Counted from the first letter of the stretch, positions 27,629 to 38,595 are shown. The stretch is DNA of 64,000 nt from Octopus vulgaris (GCA_951406725.2 OX597817.1:87110001-87174000); one strand, 5' to 3'. A program made the numbers and translations. Notes: generated by a model from the letters alone, not told the origin.

Positions 27629-28895
27629 TAGGGGTTGGACAAAATAATAGAAACATCTTAAAATTTCAAGCAAGTTTATTTTAATATGGAGTAGGACCAA
27701 CTTAGGCAGTAATTACAGTTTGAATTCTACGAGGTATAGACTCATGCAAAGTTTGAATTGTTTCCAAAGGAATTTTTATCCATTCTTCAGTTAAAACAGT
27801 CTCCAGTTCTTGTAGTGATGAAGGTGGAAGATATCAACTCCTCACCTGCTTTTCTAAAATTCACCTTAAATGTTTAATAATATTGTGATCTGGGGACTGT
27901 GGTGGCCAGATAAAATGTTCAACTTCACTAGAATGTTCCTCGTGCAATTCAGTAACAACTTTAGTTGTGTGAATTGGTGCATTATCATCCTGAAAGATTG
28001 TTTCCCTCTGGAAACAGTTCCGTAACCATAGGATGAATTTGATCAGATAAAATGCTTAAATAGTCTTGACTAGTAATTCTGCTATGAAGGGAAACCATTG
28101 GGCCAGCGGATTTCCAAGATATAGCACCCCCCATTCCTCACTGATCCTCCTCCGTGTTTAACAATCGGAAGAAGGTAGTCTGGATCAAATCCTTCTTTTG
28201 GCTGTCTCCACACGTATACTCGGTCGGTGGTCGGAAACAAGGTAAAGGATGACTCGTCCGAGAAAGTAACATTCTTCCACGGCTCTAATCTGTAAGTTTT
28301 TACTTCACTCTAAACGCTTAACAACGTTTGTTTTCGAAAGTAGTGGTTTTCTAATTGAAGCCCTCCCATCAAATCCGGTTTTGTGCAGCTCCCGCGCGAA
28401 CAGTTTTTGCAGAAACTGGATTCTCGAAGTAGCCATTAAGTTCCGCAGTAATTTTAGGAGCTTTACTTTTGTGATCCTTTCTAACAATTCGCGTAAGAGT
28501 CCGACGGTCCCTATCTGAAAGTTTTGGTTTTCTTCTGGAGTTTTGTTTCAACGAAGAGGTTTTTACCCCTTTCTCAAAGGCTGTCATAACTTTCGAGAAA
28601 GTACTTCTTGATACACCAAACATTTCGGCTGTTTTCGTTACGCTAGCGCCTGCCATATGAGCACTAACAATTTCACCTCTTTGAAAGTCCGCTAGATCTG
28701 TCATTTTAATGAATTTTAATTACCTTTTTCCGATGATATCTGAAAAGAAAGAGTAATTTTAGCAAAACAAATTAAGCAACACTGATAATAAATAAAAAAA
28801 AATATAAAAATAAACAAACTTTTGACGGTTTTATAAATATTTCAAAATTATGATGCTATGATATTAGGTGTTTCCATTATTTTGTCCAACCCCTG
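27629..28895 (-). mobile_element. Full-length Tc1-like transposon with a disrupted transposase
   Basis: ~30-bp TIRs (c/t)aggggttggacaaaataat(g/a)gaaaca with TA on both sides. ORF from 28704 reads MTDLADFQRGEIV...GASVTKTAEMFGVSRST (paired HTH), and DDE motifs (FSDES, FQDDNAPIH, WPPQSPD) are present out of frame. Confidence 0.93.
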
Positions 28896-29424
28896 TATGT
28901 GTGTCTGTACACACACACACACATAGAGAGAGAGAGTGAAAGAGATACATACATACATATGCATGCATAAATATCGATGAAGTGCATTCACTATTTTAAT
29001 GCTGAAAAATTATATTCAAATTCATCTCAAACAACGTTCTTAACTCAATGCTGAAGATATAGCTAATAAATTATCTGTATATCCTAGCTTGTTTTCGCTA
29101 AGTATGCTGTCCTGTAATATCCAACGGAATGAAAAACAGAAGAGATAAAACGAAAAGTAACAATAAAAGGTATTACTGCCAATAGTTATCTTCATTATGT
29201 GGTGCTTCATAAGTTTTAACTGAAAAGCATCGTTGTTCTATAAACATTTATCGAAGCTTTCACTAACTGATTTATGAGAGGTTTTTACTATTTTTTTAGT
29301 TACTGGAGGAATATACGAATATTATTATTTTTTTTACTTCACAAACAAGTAGATAAGCATAGAAAAGAAGCGTAAAAATACTCTATTTAACAAATGCTGT
29401 CAGAGAAGGCCTTAACAATCCATT

Positions 29425-29620
29425 CTGGTATAGCACAGGGCCCGAAATAATAGGGAAGGGATCTAGTCGATTACATCGATCTCAGTGTGAAACTAGTACC
29501 TATTTCATCGACCCCGAAAGGACGACAGACAAAATCGAACTCGGTCGAATTTGAACTCAGAACGTAAAAACGAAAGAAATTCCGCTAAGCATTTTGTCCA
29601 TCGCAGTAACGACACTGCCT
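29425..29620 (-). mobile_element. SINE family 2
   Basis: Similarity to the other family 2 copies. Confidence 0.75.
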
Positions 29621-29992
29621 GCTTCTATCCTTTCTGAAGCTGGTGACAGCACCTTTCAAACTACAACAGCCATGTATCAACGGCAGATGAACTTCTTTGA
29701 GGATGTCGGAGTTCTTCACTGTGTGAATTGTGCTATGTATTTTAATGTCGGACGCAGGCTGTGTAGTATATGTGCAGTGTGACTGTTTCACTGGTGAGCA
29801 ATTGTGCAGAATGTGATTTGTCTGAGTAATAGTGAATGACTGGGATTCATATCAATATGCGGGTAGCAATTATGCAAGTGTATGTGTTCTAGCATCTTAC
29901 TGCGTGATGAATATTGCTGCTTGTTAATTACGTGTTCACTCCCAGCCCAGTCCTGATGGAGCACATCTATTATCAGTAATGTTCTACTAACG

Positions 29993-30245
29993 TGAAAGCC
30001 TGTGGCTTAGTGGTTAGGGTATTCGGCTCACGATCGTAAAGTCGTGAGTTCAATTCCCAGCGACGCGTTGTGTCCTCGAGCAAGACACTCAATTTCACGT
30101 TGCTCCAGTGCACTCAGCTGGAAAAAATAAGCAGTACTTGTATTTCGAAGGGTCAGCCTTGTCACACTCTATGTCAGGTTGAATCTCCCTGAGAACTACG
30201 TTAAAGGTTTGCGTGTCTGTTCCGTTGATTGGATCAACTGGAACC
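29993..30245 (+). mobile_element. tRNA-derived CORE-like SINE (family 3 relative)
   Basis: tggcttagtggtt A box, gagttcaattccc B box and tgtgtcctcgagcaagacact. The 3' part is shared with 38425-38570. Confidence 0.75.
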
Positions 30246-30722
30246 CTCTACTAGCGGCTATTACGCTATTTCTCTATTAGGGTCTAAACTGTCTAATGTA
30301 TACTTGTTTAAGATGGTAAAGTTCCATTTAAGAGAGATTAAGCTGTCATTTCTAGAGAGTCAAGCGATAGCGGAAAGGCTCTCACATTAGCTCGTTATGC
30401 TTTTACTTACTGAGTCTAGAGGAAGGGCCTTCTCTATGAGATTTCCAGCACACCGTGACTATTGAGCATAATGTTACAACTCTGTCAAGTCTGTAAATGC
30501 ATTCTATCATGGCTAAGATTAGTTAGCCAGAGATAATGTGGTTTCTATCACCATATATTCTGAAGTTACAATAGTCTGCTACGTTACATGCTTTTGGTGG
30601 TTTCTCTCGTGGAAGATTTGATCCTATGCGGCACCCTGCACACATCAACTTCTGTAAGAATTATTACACGCTTTTCAACTCTACTCAGAGGTGATTATCT
30701 AGGGACCTTCTCTTACTGTGGC

Positions 30723-30771
<49 letters not shown>

Positions 30772-30773
30772 GT

Positions 30774-31270
30774 TATTTGCCATGTAAATATGGCTAACCA
30801 CTAAGGGTGGGTATTACTGTAGCTTGTAGCCCTAGGAGAACATCTTCTCCAGCTGGCTGTTGGCCTATCGGTATTTGCAAAGGGAGGTCATCCTTCCCTC
30901 GTCAACCTAAGTGATACGCACAGACTGCAGTTTCTGGGTAGTGACCCGTCATCAGCGCACGACAATAACCGATTTTCGATGGAAGGGTCCCAATGCAAAT
31001 ACATAGTTCCTTTTTCCAGTGACTTTTCGTCACTGATCTTGAAAAAGTCCGTGCGGACTGCAGTCCGTGCGTATCACTTAGGTTGAAGAGGGAAGGTTGA
31101 CCTCCCTTTGCAAATACCGATAGGGCACTGAAAGTGTGTCAATAGCCAGCTGGAGAAGATGTTCTCCTGGGGCTACAAGCTACAGTAACATCCTTAGTGG
31201 TTAGCCATATTTAGATGGCAAATATACTTCACATTGCCGTGCAGTTACTGTCTATACCTCGTTCAGAGAT
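30774..31270 (-). mobile_element. ~500-bp non-coding long-hairpin element inserted in (TAA)n
   Basis: Inverted arms at 30774-30931 and 31057-31224, (TTA)n on both sides, and a central hammerhead. Confidence 0.75.
30923..31065 (-). ncRNA. Type III hammerhead ribozyme
   Basis: Minus strand reads gactgca-GTC^-cgcacg-[~90 nt]-cgtgcg-CTGATGA-c-gggt-cact-accc-a-GAAA-c-tgcagtc. All core nucleotides and three stems are present, with a C-A mismatch at the base of stem II. Confidence 0.8.
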
Positions 31271-31279
31271 TTATTATTG

Positions 31280-31346
<67 letters not shown>

Positions 31347-31347
31347 G

Positions 31348-31546
31348 TATCAGTATTATTATTATGATTACCTTTGCATACCTTCTAACACCGGAGATGT
31401 ACTACGGTGTCAGCTGTTCACTACCAGTGAACTAAGGTAACACCTCTTATTTTTCGAGCACCTTCTGGAGTATTCGAGCGGTTCCAAGCAATGCTGTTTT
31501 CTGCAAGTGCTCCACCCTTATTGCAGCCCCTATTTGTTCCATGTCC
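31348..31546 (-). mobile_element. Dong family B, short 5'-truncated 3' end
   Basis: Near-identical to 35738-35915 and flanked by (TTA)n. Confidence 0.85.
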
Positions 31547-31616
<70 letters not shown>

Positions 31617-32173
31617 GATTGAGAGAGCAGTTCATCCCATCAAAGTGACACTGGGGTAAAATATACGAAGCCCAATATACCCATCATGACTACCCGTCTG
31701 ATAAGGGTACACCAGGCACATGCATCACAACCATATGTGCGCGACATGGTGATCTCATATCAAGATAAACAGCACATGACCTTGCAGGTGGGGCCCAGTT
31801 AGAATTTTCTTCAGGTTGAGTAGCCCATCCCGCTCAAAAGATCCCCGAATAAGGGTTGTTTAAGGATGTTGAAAGAACCACCCATGTTTCCAGAGGTGAA
31901 TTATTCAAACCCCAAAGAATCCCTCTCAACACATGGCTATGATGCTCCCCCACTACTTCTGCTCGTGATCAGAGATGCACATATCGTCAGCCACTAAGGG
32001 ACATGCTCAACTGGTTAAAGTCAAACAACTGACAAGCAAATCTGTGGTATTGAGCAGAATATTTGCTGTAGCCCATCTTTTATACCAAGACAAAACAATG
32101 TACATGATAACACTTCCAATCAGTTAAGATCAGAAGCCATGAGAGCCACTGCCTGGTACTGCATCAGGGCATT
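31617..32173 (-). mobile_element. 557-bp non-coding (TAA)n-associated element, copy 1
   Basis: Reverse complement of 37431-37987 with only a handful of substitutions. Flanked by (TTA)n. Confidence 0.85.
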
Positions 32174-32219
32174 TATACTGCATCAGGGCATTGGTACTGC
32201 ATCAGGGCATTGGTACTGC

Positions 32220-32273
<54 letters not shown>

Positions 32274-32278
32274 CTTTA

Positions 32279-32319
<41 letters not shown>

Positions 32320-32337
32320 ATAATTATTATTATTATT

Positions 32338-35300
32338 CTATGTTTGACTTTTGCTTTATATTTGTACAAGTTGGCTCCAAGTCTCACCCAGAGACCTCAA
32401 GAGACAACAGGGTTGGAAGTTCATGTTGTTGTTATGCCTAGTGTGCCATATATTTGGGGGTGGGGATGTTGTACTAATGAATGTCAAAAAAAAAAAAAAA
32501 AGTTTTTTTTTTTTTTTTTTTTTTAAACCGAAAATTATGTTTGTTTTAAACCTTGAGATTACATAGAGAGTATTTTGCGTAGGATATGAGCAGTTCCCAT
32601 GAGCACTATCTTTTGAACTTCTGCCATTTTTGGGTTTCCTGGTATCTGAGTTAGGTAGCTATCAGCCCCTTTTGCTATCATTCCCAGGGCACCTATGACA
32701 ACAGGTATTGTTTTAGTCTTCAGCTTCCACATTTTGCTGATTTCTATTTCAAGATCTTTATATTTGCTCAGTTTTTGGTAGGTCTTGACAGATACGTTTA
32801 TATCGATTGGGACAGTCATATCAATGAGGAGGCATGTTCTTTGTTTGAAGTTTTTCAATATGATGTCTGGCCTATTTGCATCTATCTTCCTGTCAGTTTG
32901 AATGGTGAAGTTCCAGAGGAGTGAGATGTGGTCATTTTCAAGCACTGGGGGTGGTTTGTGTTCCCACCAGTTTTTTTCATGGGGCAAATCCAGGTTTTTA
33001 CAGATTACCCAGTGAATATATTGTGCAGCTCTATCGTGCCTGTTGAGATACTCTGTAGGCGCTAGAAGACTGCACTTGGAGACCACATGGTCAATGGTTT
33101 CATTTTGTTGCTTGCATACACGACACGTTGGACTGCTTCTGATCTTTAATATGTTGGCCTGGTAGTTTCTTGTTGGTAGGCATTGATCTTGAGCTGCTAT
33201 GATAAACCCCTCTGTTTCAGATTTTAAGCCAGAGGCCATTAGCCATTGATGGGTCAGGGCTTTGTCGATATCTGCATTATTCGCTCTCTTTGGGTATTTG
33301 CCATAGAGAGGTTTTTCTTGCCATTTATTATTCAGAATATCTAAGGCCGCAGTTTTGGCACGGGTTTTCATGCGCCTAGCTTTTTCTGTGCTTGTTTCTT
33401 GTATATCTATCTCTAATTCCGAAATTGGTTGTATTCGGAATTCACTTAGATATTCCTTTGCCTGTTTTGTGACTGAGTATGATGCTTTCTTGTTTTCATG
33501 TTTTGAGACAAGTTTTAGCATCCAGTCCTCAGAGTTTTTCAGGTAGGTGTCTAGGCCAATTGTAGCAATCTTCATTGTTATTGCCAGTTGCAAAAGACCA
33601 CGGCCTCCTCTTTTCTTGGCAGATAGAGTCGTTCTGTATCTGCCTTAGGGTGGTGCATTCTATGCATTGTCAACAGTTTCCTTATTTTTCTGTCGAGCTG
33701 ACATATTTCAGTAATTGACCAGTTAACAATATTGAAACTGTAAGTCACGACTGGTATAGCTAATGCATTGATTGCTTCGATCCTGTTTCTTGCATTCAGC
33801 TCTGTCTTGAGTATTGCTCTCACTCTTCGATAGCATTCTCTCCTGATCCTTTCCTTCATCTCTGAATGCCTTATTCCGTTCCCTTCAATTATCCCTAGGT
33901 ACTTGTAGCTCTCCGCTGGGTCTAGTTCTTTTATGACATTCTGTTGGTCAAGGTTAACGTTAGATGTTTCTGTCATTTTTCCTTTGATAAAGGTAGCCTT
34001 TGCACATTTATCGAGGCCGAATTGCATTCTGATGTCGTCACTGAATTGTTTGACTATCGCTAGTAAGCCCTTGAGTTGTTGATCATTTTTTGCAAAAAGC
34101 TTTAAATCATCCATGTAAACGAGATGATTTATATTTTTATCAAACATTTTATACCCGTACTGCGCGTCATTGAGCAGCTTTGAGAGAGGTATTAAGGATA
34201 AACAAAAGAGGAGTGGTGACAGTGAGTCACCCTGGAAAATGCCACACGAAATTTTTACATCACCAGCATTTAGGGATTCACTGTCACTGTTCAGCGTTAG
34301 TGTGGTTCTCCATGATCTCATACTTACAGTCAAGAAGTTTCGCAGAGTTGGTGCTATCTTATACATTTCAAGGCATTTCCTAATCCAGCTATGTGGTAGG
34401 CTATCAAAAGCCTTTTTATAGTCTATCCAGGCTATTGATAAGTTTTTGTGTCGTTTGTGACAATCTTCTAAGATCATCTTATTGATGAGTAGTTGGTCTT
34501 TACAGCCGTAGGATCCACGTTTACATCCTTTCTGTTCATTAGGGAATATGCTGCTGTCTGTTAAAAAACTATAGGTATATTCCGTCAGGACAGATGTTAG
34601 TGTTTTGTACATAGTTGTTAAGCAGGTTATGGGTCTATAGTTTTTTGGTTCATTTGTTTCTTCACTTTTTGGAAGCAGGAATGTTAACCCATTAACTAGC
34701 CAAGGAGGCATCCTACTAGGGTGTTGCAAAACATCATTGTACAGTTCTGTTAGCAGTTCATGGCTCTCTGGGAAGGCATTCAGCCAGAAGTTAGGAATTT
34801 TATCCTTTCCTGGAGACTTCCATTTGCTTGACCTCCTGAGAGCAGATCTTATATCTTCTACCTTGACACCCTCCCACTTTTGCTCTTCTAAGGGGTCCAG
34901 TTCTGTAGATATTCTGTCAATCCAGGGGGCCTTTTCGTTGTGTGTTTTTTCTTCTGCCCAGATTTTATTCCAAAATCTCTGCACTTCTTCTTTTGATGGT
35001 ACAGACCCTGCAGTAAACGCTGTTTTTCCTATCTTCCTGTAAAAATTCTTGGTGTTATTTTTGAACATGTTGTTGTCCTTGAAAAATCTAACACGCTTTT
35101 CATACCTCGCTATGCGGGCAGCTTTGGCAGATACCTTTTGTTTGATGGTTTCTATGGTGGCATCAATATCAAGTATAGTTTTCATATTGTATTTTTTCAG
35201 TAATTTTTGGGTTTTTGTAGGTTTGGTAATCTTGTGAGCCTTAAGGTTTTTCAAATATTCAATGTCAGATCTAAATATTTTAATTTGTTGTTGCAGACGC

Positions 35301-35674
35301 TCTTGCCAAGAAGGCTTTTTGTGGGACTGTTGCCGTTTTCTAATCTTTACACCACATAGGATCGTTGAGATTTTCGCGGATGCATAGTATAGGTGGTTGA
35401 GGTTTGTGATATCAACATCATTAACTGAAATTATATCCTTAAGTGCAAGCCGGATTTTACCAATTATTTTCATGTTTTGGTTAGAGTTGCGGATTTTAGG
35501 AAGTGTATCACGCTCATCCATGCTGGTTTCTTTAATTTTCAGCCATTCAATCATGATTTGATTTTTTAGCTCATGTAGTTCTGTTGGGTCAATATTTGTA
35601 TGACTTTCTTTATCTATTTGATGCTCATCTGTCTTAGTGTTTATGATTGGTTCAGGGCGTATTTCACTTTGCCT
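32338..35674 (-). mobile_element. R4/Dong-clade retrotransposon family A, 5'-truncated, with complete 3' UTR and (TAA)n tail
   Basis: ORF of ~1000 codons broken by a single frameshift, a ~220-bp 3' UTR, and (TTA)n on both flanks. Confidence 0.95.
32559..35674 (-). pseudogene. Reverse transcriptase, CCHC finger and restriction-like endonuclease ORF
   Basis: Motifs KSPGKD, NYRPITCL, EQKG, IDYKKAFDS, GIFQGDSLSPLLF, YMDD, CRVC..H..C, RHD, RPD and KYKDL. There is a 1-nt deletion near 33610 relative to the 2611-4090 copy, and the frame stays open upstream of ATG 35554 up to the truncation. Confidence 0.93.
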
Positions 35675-35675
35675 A

Positions 35676-35716
<41 letters not shown>

Positions 35717-35737
35717 GTATCAGTATTATTATTATGA

Positions 35738-36602
35738 TTGCCTTTGCATACCTTCTAACACCGGAGATGTACTACGGTGTCAGCTGTTCACTACCAGTGA
35801 ACTAAGGTGACACCTCTTATTTTTCGAGCACCTTCCGGAGTATTCGAGCGGTTCCAAGCAGTGCTGTTTTCTGAAAGTGCGCCATCCTTATTGCAGCCCC
35901 GTATTTGTTCCATGTACTTTTCAAGATTTTTACTCACTGTTCCCAGGGCTCCAACAATTATTGGTACTACTATCACCTTTTTCATCGACAACAACAGCTT
36001 AACCTCCCAAACTAACCTGCCATATCGATCGACTTTTCTTCCTTCTTTCTCGCATACCTTGTTGTCAGCAGGGCTTGCTATATCTATGATCCACCATAGT
36101 TTGTTGTCTTTCTCAAATAAGACTGTCTGGCTTCCTATCCTCTATCTCATGGTCGCACTGAATCATAAAATCCCACAGGATCATTGCATTATCACTTTAG
36201 ATGATGCCTTCGGGGTTGTGGTCGTACCAATTTTTTGCTCTGTCAAGTCCATGCTTGTTGCAAAGTGTCCAATGGAAAAGCCTTGCTTGTCGTGGCGTCT
36301 CTTATATTCCTTCTGGGTTAGTGGCGTACATTGGCTGGTAATATGCCATACGGTTTCATCATTTTGTCCATAGATTCTGTACTTATCACTTTCTGGTATG
36401 TTGTCTATTCTGTATTTTATGTAGTTTGTTCTTAGTGCTTGCTCTTGGGCAACACAGCTTAAAACATCCATTTTCGATTTTAAATCACTTTTAGTAATCC
36501 ACAGCCATCTTTTTTCCCTGTCTGTCTTATCTTCAACATCCCTATGAAATTGTCCATGCATTCTTTTCTTTACCCACCTATTTTCAGTTTCATTCGTTTT
36601 CA
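35738..36602 (-). mobile_element. R4/Dong family B, 5'-truncated and decayed
   Basis: MHGQF...AQEQALRTN...ETVWHITSQC...YKRRHD and VVPIIVGALG. Clearly diverged from family A and flanked by (TTA)n. Confidence 0.85.
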
Positions 36603-36645
36603 ATCATAATTATTATTATTATTATTATTATTGTTGTTGTTGTTG

Positions 36646-36730
<85 letters not shown>

Positions 36731-36755
36731 CATCATTATTATCATTATCATTATT

Positions 36756-37129
36756 GAGTGAGAGAGGAGTGTATGCCATCAAATTGACACTGGGGTAAAA
36801 TATGCGAAGCCCAGTATTCCCATCATGACTACCCGTCTGATAAGGGTACACCAGGCACATGCAACACAACCATATGTGCGCGACATGGTGATCTCATATG
36901 AAGATTAACAGCGCATGACCTTGAAGGTGGGGCCCAGTTAGAATTTTCTTCAGGTCAAGTAGCCCATCCCTCACAAAAGGTCCCTGAATAAGGGTTGTTT
37001 AAGGATGTTCAACAAAAAAAAAACATGTTTCCAGAGGTGAATGGCTATGATGCTCCTCCAAAATTTCTGCTTATGATCAGAGATGTACATATCGTCAGCC
37101 ACTAAGGGAGATACTCAACTGGCTAAGGT
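36756..37129 (-). mobile_element. 557-bp element, copy 2 (older, 5'-truncated, internal deletion)
   Basis: Colinear with 31617-32020 but with more mismatches. (TAA)n tail. Confidence 0.8.
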
Positions 37130-37159
37130 CTCGCCAATGAGAAGAAAATATTATCATCG

Positions 37160-37375
37160 GAGAGCAACGAGTTGGCAGAACCGTCAGCGCGCTGGGCGAG
37201 ATTCTTATCGGTATTTCATCTGCCGCTATGTTCTGAGTTCAAATTCCGCCGTGGTCGACTTTGCCTTTCATCCTTTCAGGGTCGATGAAATAAGTACCAG
37301 TTACACACTGGGGTCGATGTAATCGACTTGCCCCTCCCACAAAAATTTTCCAGGCCTTGTGCCATGAGCAGAAAT
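37160..37375 (+). mobile_element. SINE family 2
   Basis: Similarity to the other family 2 copies. Confidence 0.78.
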
Positions 37376-37396
37376 GACAATAATAATAATAATAAC

Positions 37397-37430
<34 letters not shown>

Positions 37431-37433
<3 letters not shown>

Positions 37434-37987
37434 GCCCTGATGCAGTACCAGGCAGTGGCTCTCATGGCTTCTGATCTTAACTGATTGGAAGTGTCATCAT
37501 GCACATTGTTTTGTCTTGGTATAAAAGATGGGCTACAGCAAATATTCTGCTCAATACCACAGATTTGCTTGTCAGTTGTTTGACTTTAACCAGTTGAGCA
37601 TGTCCCTTAGTGGCTGACGATATGTGCATCTCTGATCACGAGCAGAAGTAGTGGGGGAGCATCATAGCCATGTGTTGAGAGGGATTCTTTGGGGTTTGAA
37701 TAATTCACCTCTGGAAACATGGGTGGTTCTTTCAACATCCTTAAACAACCCTTATTCGGGGATCTTTTGAGCGGGATGGGCTACTCAACCTGAAGAAAAT
37801 TCTAACTGGGCCCCACCTGCAAGGTCATGTGCTGTTTATCTTGATATGAGATCACCATGTCGCGCACATATGGTTGTGATGCATGTGCCTGGTGTACCCT
37901 TATCAGACGGGTAGTCATGATGGGTATATTGGGCTTCGTATATTTGACCCCAGTGTCACTTTGATGGGATGAACTGCTCTCTCACTC
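37431..37987 (+). mobile_element. 557-bp non-coding element, copy 3
   Basis: Flanked by (TAA)n on both sides and has the same termini as copy 1. Confidence 0.85.
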
Positions 37988-38025
<38 letters not shown>

Positions 38026-38213
38026 TAATGATAATAATAATAATTGTTGTTGTTGTTGTTTAGGCCGCGTGCCGGTAGAGTCGTTAATACGCCAAACAAA
38101 ATGCTTAGGTGTAGTGTACCCAATTTTACGCCTTAATTTCAAATGCAGCCGAGCTTAAACCTGTATTTCATCCTTTAGTAATCGATAATCGTTTAGCAAT
38201 CCTTTAGTAATCA

Positions 38214-38595
38214 TGGAGGCGCAATGGCCCAGTGGTTAGGGCAGCGGACTCGCGGTCATAGGATCGTTGTTTCGATTCCCAGACCGGGCGTTGTGAGTGT
38301 TTATCGAGCGAAAACACCTAAAGCTCCACGAAGCTCCGGCAGGGGATGGTGTTGATCCCTGCTGTACTCTTTCACCACAACTTTCTCTCACTCTTACTTC
38401 CTGTTTCTGTTGTACCTGTATTTCAAAGGGCCGGCCTTGTCACTCTCTGTGTCACGCTGAATATCCCCGAGAACTACGTTGAGGGTACACGTGTCTGTGG
38501 AGTGCTCAGCCACTTACACGTAAATTTCACGAGCAGGCTGTTCCGTCGATTCGGATCAACCGGAACCCTCATCGTCGTAACCGACGGAGTGCTTC
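38214..38595 (+). mobile_element. tRNA-derived SINE family 3 nested in a family 2 SINE
   Basis: tggcccagtggtt A box and gtttcgattccc B box. Probable target-site duplication tcctt(t/a)agtaatc. Host SINE halves lie at ~38062-38190 and ~38600-38700. Confidence 0.8.

Noticed and set aside
31617-37987. Composite transposon with 557-bp terminal inverted repeats enclosing the Dong ORFs
   Set aside because: Each repeat has its own (TAA)n flanks and a third copy lies between them. Independent insertions explain the pattern better.
37431-37987. Hammerhead or HDV-like ribozyme in the 557-bp element
   Set aside because: ctgacga (~37615) and ctgaaga (~37790) lack a following stem II and GAAA with matching stems, and I could not build an HDV fold by eye.
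38214-38290. Genuine tRNA gene (likewise 29993-30065 and 20810-20885)
   Set aside because: These tRNA-like heads lack a full cloverleaf and continue into SINE bodies.
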